From assembly GCA_027065215.1 (NCBI GenBank), contig JAMOOT010000259.1:1-33943 (forward strand): a stretch of 33,943 bases of DNA, in the 5' to 3' direction. The notes under the pieces were generated by a model. That model searched no databases and was not told where the DNA came from. It saw only the letters and a program-made list of their open reading frames with translations. The DNA comes from Candidatus Omnitrophota bacterium (GTDB lineage: Bacteria > Omnitrophota > Gorgyraeia > S143-82). The translations under genes and the position numbers were made by a program. This document shows positions 17,701 through 25,269 of this stretch, piece after piece. The number at the start of each line of letters is the position of its first letter. Positions within the stretch are counted from its first letter, which is position 1.

Positions 17701-18598
17701 TTATCTTGTCTCGCCAGATAAGAAAGGACGCATTACTGTAGATGAGATGGTAGATGCATTAGAGGGGTATGCTAAAAATAATAACGGGGACCTGTCTAAG
17801 ATGGTTATTGTAGCAGGAAATTGCTATTCTGGTTTTTGGATAAATGTATTAAAGAAATTAGGGAAAAATGTAGAAATCAAAGGCGCCCCGATTGTCCTAT
17901 CTGGGGCCTTGCCGACCTCACCTCAATTGGGATTTACGAATGTCTTTTTCTCCATTTTTGGATCTAATAATATCGGTACATTTTGGGATGTTGCAATACA
18001 GGAGTTTTTAGAAGATCAACATAAAGATGGAAAAACGACTGCCACTATATATGATTTGTTTAACTATTTAGCCGATAAGAAGTTGCCCTTTTTCCCGATG
18101 ATTTATTCGGTGGAAAAAGAAGGTAAAGGGCAGAAGAAAGGAGTTCGTTTTCTCCTTTTATCTCTGGGAACTCCTTTTGGCGTGTTTCCGTGGATGCCTA
18201 CGGAAGAAAAGGAACCGGAGGAATTGTTTAGAGAATTTTTGGACAATATAGAGGATTGGGTAGAGGAGACCGGGTATCAGAGTTTGTTTGTAAACTGGTT
18301 AAGGGAGAATAAGGATAGATTACTTTCGCTTGTGAAGGATAATAGGACCAGGGAAATGGGAAGGGTATCGGTGGAGGGAATTAAGGATTGGGTGGAAAAG
18401 ATAGAGAGGGGAGAGAATCTATTGGAGGAGGATGCGGAAATGGCAATAGTGAAAATAGCAGGGATGATTAGGGATAATCCAGAGGGCTTTGTGAAAGCAG
18501 TTACTGAGAAAATAGAGGAGATATTTGCCCAGTCTAATGAATTGGCTAAGGAGAAGGGAGGCATAGAATTTTCGGATAGGGTTCTCTTGGGGGATTAA
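14702..18598 (+). CDS. orphan 1,298-aa envelope protein with C-terminal caspase-fold (clan CD, C13/CHAT-like) signature
   Basis: Uninterrupted 3.9-kb ORF with GAGGGT 6-11 nt upstream of the ATG. N-terminal hydrophobic signal-like segment (MKMMHRLFHICLSFLVLFSFMPTNA|QS). Second hydrophobic helix at aa 308-329 (15623-15688). LGIMIHGG (His983, 17648-17650) and MVIVAGNCYSG (Cys1041, 17822-17824), each preceded by a hydrophobic strand. Acidic helical tail. No other family recognised. Confidence 0.85.
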   Translation: MKMMHRLFHICLSFLVLFSFMPTNAQSYGLGDLSNISGVVGVKVEGGLPSLLFAEGENSEEMERLFFQLYGLDDPERELWVNLKPGVGSKGLIGRWVGCMDVGRYLFETDLRLKEDATRMVDEVLEDYGIDVGEVGLEMRFWIEGGDVRMNEYEDGMLIDEARLKVRAEVKGSTKEGVEELNRLINGLVIPKLKEEVNEGKRYKRLRELYRLYIVSRWLKEKEVGNGLVERVAYYYGRVGSKEWMLLDVLRRYLMMYEGVDGDIGGCVVGGVYLGKVGRIMKRVAEGGMGGIRKIGRVGRRILFNKKFVVFMASLMFAVQTVGGSISLARGLDFGEMRIGQYVSENRELKEQIHEILKDVKITSSKDVLTSLYSRWKDQFSVIIQGKGDKVDSIVIKDIRKAIILSFHPIYGDLFGNLLVKAQRCKIQQQITMGDINWIMDFYRNYSKYRNTRRYQNSMRLLGSLFQNDSFLKLFNQIKGKELWGPNKWRIEALNSWLYPETAKSWSLTEDSSLLKFTKDKEEIKKNLDKYKNLAKRLFYYWVYAKSGDRSLIDSYIKKVTEEIKLEMREIGEKDMAEYSVKFYVYESKIRGKEMKKIFPGLFELANSGDPYATALWINVELELRYWAGGRSGFRFSNLKTILSDVYINLGKLTDEEKRDFVKFMWWLYFRSGKSFVPPNVRKKVFSELIHHLDLGEYLDTISGMTDFMKGFNKLIDDEDSMFSLRWELMLKHYEILRIVKTTNEWEKNNFGHIEKNPIFVLPIPIIDNLDSRWIRFFILAQRFGFEERLLRLIDLDKIIKVNLAIPLRLSDNFWSAKKDEVEDFLSFFLFRKGVYDPRFEYGTFNFSQLFFLYFSDIFQKGFKDIKDRQLKFVLLCGVMSWLIDNGKYDVQKGGFDFNEDQIRSAIKHVRKSWELMKDRKITFAKGLYNLVEICDSNFPNTGKDGYEKLLSPNTSIRYRDKDKFLKGIKDIKGPLWLGIMIHGGADVAKYKEGDRDNAFYLVSPDKKGRITVDEMVDALEGYAKNNNGDLSKMVIVAGNCYSGFWINVLKKLGKNVEIKGAPIVLSGALPTSPQLGFTNVFFSIFGSNNIGTFWDVAIQEFLEDQHKDGKTTATIYDLFNYLADKKLPFFPMIYSVEKEGKGQKKGVRFLLLSLGTPFGVFPWMPTEEKEPEELFREFLDNIEDWVEETGYQSLFVNWLRENKDRLLSLVKDNRTREMGRVSVEGIKDWVEKIERGENLLEEDAEMAIVKIAGMIRDNPEGFVKAVTEKIEEIFAQSNELAKEKGGIEFSDRVLLGD
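14800..15620 (+). other. cytosine-depleted, G-rich block (5' part of giant ORF)
   Basis: Hand count gives about 43 C in 14821-15600 (about 5-6 %). The 60-nt line 15061-15120 has 0 C and 28 G. Sampled neighbouring genes have about 17-20 % C. Confidence 0.8.
14962..14995 (+). other. canonical G-quadruplex motif on the coding strand
   Basis: GGGG-agcaa-GGG-attgata-GGG-agat-GGG-ta-GGG: five G-tracts with loops of 7 nt or less. A second, looser motif lies at 15485-15515 (GGGG-N5-GGGGG-N9-GGG-N1-GGGG). This is a sequence motif only; folding is untested. Confidence 0.5.
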
Positions 18599-18802
18599 CT
18601 TAAAAATGAGTGGTATGAGGCGGGGAATCTTGATAGAGTGGGGGGAAGAGGAATAGAATAAGTAGGATAAGATTGGGTTTTAACAAGGTATGTGAAGATT
18701 TATTGTTGATTTTGGTGCTTTTTTCTTTTAATTCCCTTGGGGATGATGGGTGGTTTTAATGGGGTTAGGATTTTGTCTTTAATGTGATAGAATAATTGAG
18801 TT
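18230..18802 (+). other. second cytosine-depleted block spanning the 3' end of the giant ORF and the following intergenic DNA
   Basis: Hand count gives about 8 % C in 18241-18598 (coding) and about 5 % C in 18599-18802 (204 nt, non-coding). Confidence 0.75.
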
Positions 18803-19972
18803 ATGGATAATCGTTCTCGAATATCCAAAATAGTTGATTCTTTGCCTCCCTCTGGGATTAGGCAATTTTTTGATTTAGTTATTGGAATGCCTGATGTAGT
18901 CTCCTTGGGAGTGGGTGAGCCAGATTTCCCTACGCCGTGGCATATTTGTGAACGCGCGATTTATTCCATTGAGAGAGGATATACTTCTTATACCTCTAAT
19001 AAGGGATTGAGAGATCTTCGGGTGGCTATCTGTGAGAAAATAAGTAAGGAGTGGGGACTTTCCTATGATCCGGATGCCCAGTGTCTGGTTACGGTAGGGG
19101 TAAGTGAGGGGATGGACCTTGCCTTGAGGGCAATACTAAACCCAGGAGATAAGGTTTTGGTGATACGGCCCTGTTATGTATCTTATGCCCCAGTTGCTAT
19201 AATGGCTGGGGCTAATGTAGTCTACCTTGATTTAGATGAAAGGACGGAGTTTAAACTCCATCCTGAATTGTTGAAATTGATAATGAAAAAAGAAGGCCCA
19301 ATAAAGGCGATGGTCTTTAATTATCCGTGCAATCCGACTGGGGTCTCTTACACTTATGAGGAGTTGTCAGCGATATTCAAGGTTGTAGAGGATTCAGAGG
19401 TTATCCTCCTCAGCGATGAGATTTACGATGGCCTCACGTATGATTTTTCCCATACACCATCTTTTGTGTTTGATGGATTAAAGGATAGATTGGTGTATTT
19501 AAATGGTTTTTCCAAGACTTTTGCTATGACTGGATGGAGAATTGGATATGCTCTTGGCCCGGAAGATATTATATCTGCTATGACCAAGATACATCAGTAC
19601 ACTATGCTCTGCGCCCCTATTATGGGTCAGGTCGCGGCTATTGAGGCTATGGAACATGGCTCTGAGGAATTAGAGCGTATGCGGAATGAATACCGTAGGC
19701 GTAGGAATTTTATTGTTTCGGAATTGAACAGGTTAGGGTTAAAGACGCGACTTCCTGAAGGGGCATTCTATACTTATACAGATATATCTTCCACGGGAAT
19801 GGATTCTATGGAATTTGCTCAAAGACTATTGTGGGAGGAAAAGGTGGCGGTGGTCCCGGGGGTTGCATTTTCCCCAGGAGGTCATAGATTTATCCGTATT
19901 TCTTATGCCTCTTCTTTGGATAAATTAAGGCAGGCAGTTTTTAGAATGGAGGCCTTCCTTGAGCGGTTATAA
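18803..19972 (+). CDS. pyridoxal-phosphate-dependent aminotransferase, class I (aspartate/aromatic type)
   Basis: 389 aa. LGVGEPDFPTP, NPGD, YPCNPTG, and the PLP-lysine motif FSKTFAMTGWRIGY. Confidence 0.9.
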   Translation: MDNRSRISKIVDSLPPSGIRQFFDLVIGMPDVVSLGVGEPDFPTPWHICERAIYSIERGYTSYTSNKGLRDLRVAICEKISKEWGLSYDPDAQCLVTVGVSEGMDLALRAILNPGDKVLVIRPCYVSYAPVAIMAGANVVYLDLDERTEFKLHPELLKLIMKKEGPIKAMVFNYPCNPTGVSYTYEELSAIFKVVEDSEVILLSDEIYDGLTYDFSHTPSFVFDGLKDRLVYLNGFSKTFAMTGWRIGYALGPEDIISAMTKIHQYTMLCAPIMGQVAAIEAMEHGSEELERMRNEYRRRRNFIVSELNRLGLKTRLPEGAFYTYTDISSTGMDSMEFAQRLLWEEKVAVVPGVAFSPGGHRFIRISYASSLDKLRQAVFRMEAFLERL

Positions 19973-20642
19973 CTTCCATAATAGGTTAGTATTAGTCTTT
20001 GATCTGGGACGGGTCTTAGTGGATTTCGATCCAGATATTATCATATCCCGTCTTTCTCCGTATACCAATTGGTCAGCAGAAGATATCCATTATTTGTTTT
20101 CTACTGCTGAGTTTGTTGATGCCTTTGAGAAGGGGAAGTTAAGGCCAGAGGAATTTTTTTCTATCCTAAAGCGTGTACTTAATTTAAGAGATATAAATCA
20201 AGAGACTCTTATTGAGATATGGAATGATATGTTTTCCCCTATTCCTGAAATGTTATCCTTAGTGAGGTGGATTAAGGAGAAGACCGAGGTGGGACTGGTC
20301 CTTTTATCTAATATCTCTTCCGTTCATTATGAATTTTTATATTCGCAGTATCAGGAACTTTCTATGTTTGATGCCTATGTCTTGTCCTATAAGGTGGGAT
20401 ATCGAAAACCAGAAAAGGGGATATATCGATATCTGCTGGATATTACCAAAGGGGCTAATGCCTTGTTTTATACCGATGATATAGAACGATTTGTTTATTC
20501 AGCAAGAGAGTTGGGGATAGATGGTGAGGTGTTTCGAGGATACAGGAAGTTTTTGTCTGATTTGAGGTCTCGAGAGTGCTTTCGCAAGATAGTTGATATG
20601 ATAGACGATGAAAGAGTATCTGAGACTATTAAGAAATCTTGA
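19959..20642 (+). CDS. HAD-superfamily hydrolase (subfamily IA-like)
   Basis: Motif I-like LVFDLGRVLVDFD near the N-terminus, LLSN, and a distal YTDD motif. It needs the TTG start at 19959, since there is no in-frame ATG before the motif. It overlaps the aminotransferase end by 14 nt. Confidence 0.7.
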   Translation: MSGYNFHNRLVLVFDLGRVLVDFDPDIIISRLSPYTNWSAEDIHYLFSTAEFVDAFEKGKLRPEEFFSILKRVLNLRDINQETLIEIWNDMFSPIPEMLSLVRWIKEKTEVGLVLLSNISSVHYEFLYSQYQELSMFDAYVLSYKVGYRKPEKGIYRYLLDITKGANALFYTDDIERFVYSARELGIDGEVFRGYRKFLSDLRSRECFRKIVDMIDDERVSETIKKS

Positions 20643-21894
20643 TTTTATTCTCTTGTGGTTATCCCAGGTCGTCTCTCAGTTCGGGGATAAACTCAATCAG
20701 ATGGCCTTGATTGCTTGGGCCTATTCTGTTATGCCGGGCTCTTCTTTCCAAATGGCCAAGTTGATTTTTTTTACTATAGTTCCAGTATTTATTGTTGGCC
20801 CGTTTGCTGCTACTGCAGTAGATAGGATGGATTACCGCAAGACGATGTATATTTGCGATTTATTGAGGGCATTGGCTATTTTCTTTATTCCGTTTCTTAT
20901 TTTGCCTAAGCAATTGGTGCTCCCGGTCTATCTAATGGTGTTTATTTCGTTTTCGCTGACGCGTTTGTTTATTCCTGCCAAGATGTCCATAGTCCCTAAT
21001 ATAGTTGACGAGAGAGATCTTTTACCGGCTAATTCCCTATTGTCTCTTACAGGGGTGGTTGCGGCTATGTTTGGATTTGGTTTGGGAGGGATAATGGTGC
21101 AACGATTGGGTGTTTCAGCAGGGTTTTATGTGGATGCAGGGACGTTTTTGTTTTCTTCTGTTGCTATCTATATGATTGGGGTTCGCTACCGACCTCGAAA
21201 TATCTCTTTTGCTCAGGAAGCCGTTGGTATCTGGCAGGTTATGTGGAGTGGTATAAAGTATGTCTTCAATGGGGAGATATTAAAGGATATGAAGGAAGGG
21301 ATAACTTATCTTTTTGAGGAGGAGAAGATTAAGCATTTAATTGGTCTCTCTTTTTTGCTTTGGACCCTCTTAGGTGGGGTGTATGCTACGGGTATCGTAT
21401 TTATTCAGGAGAGTTTGGGGAGCGCTACTGCGGATTTGGGTATGTTGGTGGTTTTTTTGGGGGTTGGAGTATTGTTGGGGGCATTGCTTTTGGGTAAGTA
21501 TGCTAAGGCAGTTGATAGATTTTTATTGTTGTATGTTTCCTTGATTGCGGTTTGCTTTTTCTTATTTATTTTTGCGGTTATGATGAGATTTGAACTGCGG
21601 CATAGGTTCGGTTGGGCCTCATTTTTGATATTTTTGATAGGCCTCTCAGGTTCGCCTCTTATGATGATTTCCCAGACCATAGTGCATGAAACAGCAGATG
21701 AGCAGATGTTTGGAAGGATTTTTGGGGTTATGGAGATAATTATTCACCTTGCTTTTGTGGTAGCGATGTTTATTTCCTCTCTTTTGGCTGAGTCATTTTC
21801 CGAAGGGAATATATTAATACTTTGGTCAGGAATAGGGATTGGGATAGGATTTGATAGACTCATACGATGGATAAGACTTAATGGAAAGATTTGA
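20608..21894 (+). CDS. MFS transporter
   Basis: 428 aa with about 12 hydrophobic helices. The N-terminus FILLWLSQVVSQFGDKLNQMALIAW and the VDRMDYRK loop are typical of MFS_3/EntS-like exporters. Confidence 0.85.
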   Translation: MKEYLRLLRNLDFILLWLSQVVSQFGDKLNQMALIAWAYSVMPGSSFQMAKLIFFTIVPVFIVGPFAATAVDRMDYRKTMYICDLLRALAIFFIPFLILPKQLVLPVYLMVFISFSLTRLFIPAKMSIVPNIVDERDLLPANSLLSLTGVVAAMFGFGLGGIMVQRLGVSAGFYVDAGTFLFSSVAIYMIGVRYRPRNISFAQEAVGIWQVMWSGIKYVFNGEILKDMKEGITYLFEEEKIKHLIGLSFLLWTLLGGVYATGIVFIQESLGSATADLGMLVVFLGVGVLLGALLLGKYAKAVDRFLLLYVSLIAVCFFLFIFAVMMRFELRHRFGWASFLIFLIGLSGSPLMMISQTIVHETADEQMFGRIFGVMEIIIHLAFVVAMFISSLLAESFSEGNILILWSGIGIGIGFDRLIRWIRLNGKI

Positions 21895-23086
21895 CCTCAT
21901 CGTTGTTGGTGCAGGCCCAGCAGGCCTTATGGCCACTATATCGGCAAGAAAGAGGAACAAAAGAGTCCTTTTATTAGAACAAAACCGTGAGATAGGGTGC
22001 AAGTTAAAAATAAGCGGGGGAGGGAGGTGTAATCTAACAAATACATTGGAGCCTGGGGAGTTTTTAAATCGATTTAAGAGATGGAAGAATTTTTTTCTCC
22101 CGAGTTTTCGAGCATTTGATAATCAAAAGACTATACGTTTTTTTGAAGAAAATGGTCTTGCCTTAAAGGTAGAAGAAAGTGGGCGAGTGTTCCCTAAAAC
22201 AGGGAAAAGTATTGATGTGATAAGATTCTTTTCCCAGATCTTGAAACTTGTCAAAGCGGAAGTAAAGTTAGGGTGTAAGGTAATTGAGATAGATAAAGCA
22301 GATGATGTCTTTAGGGTAAAATCCAGTAGAGATGAGGTTTATTCTTCGAATGTCTTGATTGCCACCGGCGGAGTAAGTTTTGCTTCTAAGTGTCATACTC
22401 GAGGGGACGGATTTAAGTGGGCCAAGCGTTTTGGCCACACGGTTACGAGATTGGTCCCTCATCTTTGTGAGGTATATACTAAAGAAGATGTTTCAGGATT
22501 AAGGGGAATTACTTTGCATAAGGTAAGGGTTAAGCATAGATGTGAACGGCATAATATAGATGAGTCTGGGCCATTGATATTTACGGATCGTGGTCTTTCT
22601 GGACCGTTAATACATAATTTAAGTATGTATCTTCTCGACTGTTTAGGTGCGTGGATAATATTAGATTTTGTTCCTCACAGGAATTTGGGAGAAGTAACGC
22701 AAGAGATAGGGCAATTGAGGAAAATTTTTCCTACTCGTATGGTTTGGAACCTACCCATTGCTGGGTTACCGGAGAGATTAATTAAGTTTGTATTGAGAGA
22801 TTTTTGTGGTAGGCGTGCAGCAAGTTTGAGTAAAAAAGAGATACAGGGGATTGCTGAGCGATTCAAACATTGGAAACTGTCTATCGAGGGAGGCCCACCA
22901 GTTGAACGGGCATTTGTGACTGCGGGTGGAGTTTCTGTGGAGGAAGTTGACAGGAAGAAGTTAGAGTCTAAATTGGTAAAAGGCCTGTTTTTCGCCGGGG
23001 AGGTCTTAGAAGTAGCAGGCCCCAGTGGTGGGTTTAATATACAGTTTGCTTTATCTACTGGTTGGGCTGTAGGGAATGCGGTCTAA
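21881..23086 (+). CDS. HI0933/BaiN-like FAD-dependent oxidoreductase
   Basis: DLIVVGAGPAGLMA dinucleotide-binding motif, SGGGRCNLTN, and the C-terminal FFAGEVLEVAGPSGGFNIQFALSTGWAVG. Confidence 0.85.
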   Translation: MERFDLIVVGAGPAGLMATISARKRNKRVLLLEQNREIGCKLKISGGGRCNLTNTLEPGEFLNRFKRWKNFFLPSFRAFDNQKTIRFFEENGLALKVEESGRVFPKTGKSIDVIRFFSQILKLVKAEVKLGCKVIEIDKADDVFRVKSSRDEVYSSNVLIATGGVSFASKCHTRGDGFKWAKRFGHTVTRLVPHLCEVYTKEDVSGLRGITLHKVRVKHRCERHNIDESGPLIFTDRGLSGPLIHNLSMYLLDCLGAWIILDFVPHRNLGEVTQEIGQLRKIFPTRMVWNLPIAGLPERLIKFVLRDFCGRRAASLSKKEIQGIAERFKHWKLSIEGGPPVERAFVTAGGVSVEEVDRKKLESKLVKGLFFAGEVLEVAGPSGGFNIQFALSTGWAVGNAV

Positions 23087-23120
23087 TTTTGGAATCTGGC
23101 GAGATTTCTGATAGGGTAGG

Positions 23121-23129
23121 TGATATAAT
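23121..23129 (+). promoter_or_regulatory. candidate extended -10 promoter element upstream of aspS
   Basis: TGaTATAAT is an exact extended -10, 60 nt upstream of ATG 23189 in a 102-nt intergenic gap. No convincing -35. Confidence 0.35.
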
Positions 23130-23188
23130 ATATAAATTATGGATTTAGTGTATTGAATGGGTTAGTAACTCAAGGAGGGATTTGTCTT

Positions 23189-24577
23189 ATGAAGATGAAG
23201 CGCACACATACTTCTAAGGAATTACCTAAGGCCCAGATTGGATCTGAGGTGGTCTTGATGGGATGGGTTCATCGTCGAAGAGATCATGGAAAGATTATAT
23301 TCTTTGATTTAAGGGATAGGTGGGGGCTAACTCAACTGGTTATTGTTCCTAAGGAGTGTGAAAACTATGATGTGGCTAAACAGGTTCGTTCAGAGTATGT
23401 GGTGGCGATAAGAGGTATTGTTAATCAAAGGCCAAAAGGTACTGAGAATCCTAAGATACCTACTGGGCATATAGAAGTCTTGGTAAAGGAGATCGAGATA
23501 CTTAATTCTGCCAATGTTCTGCCTTTTGAGATAGAGGGTGATACTGAGCCTGGTGAAGATGTGCGGTTAAGGTATAGGTATCTGGATATTCGAGAGAGTC
23601 GTATGAGAAATAATCTTATAACTCGCCATAATGTTATGCAGATTACCCGTCGAGTCTTGTCTTCTATGGAGTTTTTGGAGTTGGAGACGCCATTTCTTAC
23701 CAAGTCCACACCTGAGGGTGCAAGGGATTATTTAGTCCCTTCTCGGGTAAATCCGGGTAAGTTTTATGCCTTGCCCCAATCTCCGCAATTGTTTAAGCAA
23801 CTGTTTATGGTTGCAGGTATGGAGCGTTATTTCCAGATTGTGAAGTGTTTTAGAGATGAAGATTTGCGTGCGGATCGTCAACCGGAGTTTACTCAAATAG
23901 ACTTAGAGGCCTCGTTTGTGGATGAAGAGGATATATTCTCCATTAGTGAAACATTGATGAAAGAGATATTTAAGGAGGTAAAGGGGATAGATCTAAAAAC
24001 GCCGTTCCCCAGATTGAGATATAGTGAAGTTATAAAGAAGTATAACACCGATAAACCTGATTTGAGGGAGGAATTTGGAACCGATTATGCATTTGCTTGG
24101 ATAGTAGATTTTCCCCTTTTCGCCTGGAATGAGGAAGAACAGCGTTGGGAAAGCGAGCATCATCCCTTTACATCGGTTCATCCAGATGATTTAGATTATC
24201 TTGACAAGGGAGAGTTGGATAAGGTGAGGGCGAGGTCCTATGATTTGATCTTAAATGGGGCAGAACTTGGGAGTGGGTCAGTGCGTATCCATCAGCAGGA
24301 CTTGCAGCGGAAGATATTTGAAATACTTAGGATGAGTCAATCGGAGATAGAGGCTAAGTTTGGGTTTCTGTTAGAAGCCTTTTCTTATGGTGCTCCCCCC
24401 CATGCTGGGATTGCCTTTGGATTGGATAGATTGGTGGCTATACTGTGCGGGGAGGAGAGTATCAGAGATGTTATTGCTTTCCCTAAGACGCAAAAGGCAG
24501 TGTGTATGCTTACTGGAGCGCCTTCTGATGTGGATAAACGGCAATTAGATGAGTTGTGTATAAAGGTTATGGGATAA
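23189..24577 (+). CDS. aspS: aspartyl-tRNA synthetase, bacterial type but lacking the GAD insertion domain
   Basis: GWVHRRRDHGKIIFFDLRDR, class II motifs (FRDEDLRADRQPEFTQID; GLDRLVAIL), HHPFT. ATG 23189 follows AAGGAGG (23172-23178). 462 aa, against about 590 aa for typical bacterial AspRS. Confidence 0.93.
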   Translation: MKMKRTHTSKELPKAQIGSEVVLMGWVHRRRDHGKIIFFDLRDRWGLTQLVIVPKECENYDVAKQVRSEYVVAIRGIVNQRPKGTENPKIPTGHIEVLVKEIEILNSANVLPFEIEGDTEPGEDVRLRYRYLDIRESRMRNNLITRHNVMQITRRVLSSMEFLELETPFLTKSTPEGARDYLVPSRVNPGKFYALPQSPQLFKQLFMVAGMERYFQIVKCFRDEDLRADRQPEFTQIDLEASFVDEEDIFSISETLMKEIFKEVKGIDLKTPFPRLRYSEVIKKYNTDKPDLREEFGTDYAFAWIVDFPLFAWNEEEQRWESEHHPFTSVHPDDLDYLDKGELDKVRARSYDLILNGAELGSGSVRIHQQDLQRKIFEILRMSQSEIEAKFGFLLEAFSYGAPPHAGIAFGLDRLVAILCGEESIRDVIAFPKTQKAVCMLTGAPSDVDKRQLDELCIKVMG

Positions 24578-24606
24578 TCCTGTGGTTTTTAAAAAGGGGG
24601 ATGGTT

Positions 24607-25269
24607 ATGTCGCGTAGGTATTTATTGGGGATTTTGGTAGTGGCGGGATTGGTACTCCCTGGGTGTGTGGTCAAAGTATATCAAAAGGAGATGCCGAGAG
24701 AGGACATCATAGTTAAGGGGAATCAGGGGTATCTGATTGGTAGCCCGCCAAAGCAGGGATATTCGGTTGAAAAAAAGACACGGAAAATAGTAGTTACGGA
24801 AATAGAATTAGTTAGACCTAAGGAATTTCATATCAAATACTTAGGTGAGAAAAAGATGAATGTGGAAGAAAAAAATCTTTCATCTGGATCTGAAAAAGAG
24901 AAAAATTACGGCTATATTTATAGGAAAGGAGAGGGAGAGAGTGGTGTTTCTCGGCAGGCACAACAATCTGGAGGAGATATTCAACAGGATGAAGGGCTGA
25001 ATCTGACAGAGGAAACAGTCAGTGTGGAAAATAAAGTAGAAAATAAAGTAAAAGATGAAACAGACGAAAAAAAGACCTCTGAAGACAGGGAGTTCGTTAT
25101 TTATAAGGTACAAAAAGGAGATACCTTGCAGAAGATATCTTACAAATTTTATGGGAAATACAGCCTTTGGCCTATGATATTTGAGGCCAACAAGGATAAA
25201 TTAGAACACCCTGATAGTATATATGTTGGGCAGGAGTTGAGGATCCCAGTGCTGGATAAAGAGAAATGA
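24607..25269 (+). CDS. LysM-domain lipoprotein
   Basis: The signal MSRRYLLGILVVAGLVLPGC has a lipobox-like LPGC. C-terminal LysM: YKVQKGDTLQKISYKFYG...YVGQELRIP. ATG 24607 lies 6 nt after AAGGGGG; ATG 24601 is also possible. Confidence 0.8.
   Translation: MSRRYLLGILVVAGLVLPGCVVKVYQKEMPREDIIVKGNQGYLIGSPPKQGYSVEKKTRKIVVTEIELVRPKEFHIKYLGEKKMNVEEKNLSSGSEKEKNYGYIYRKGEGESGVSRQAQQSGGDIQQDEGLNLTEETVSVENKVENKVKDETDEKKTSEDREFVIYKVQKGDTLQKISYKFYGKYSLWPMIFEANKDKLEHPDSIYVGQELRIPVLDKEK

Noticed and set aside
25027-25050. Tandem 12-mer GAAAATAAAGTA x2 inside the LysM lipoprotein gene
   Set aside because: There are only two copies, and they encode VENKVENKV in a low-complexity linker. This is ordinary slippage-type duplication, not a repeat array or CRISPR.
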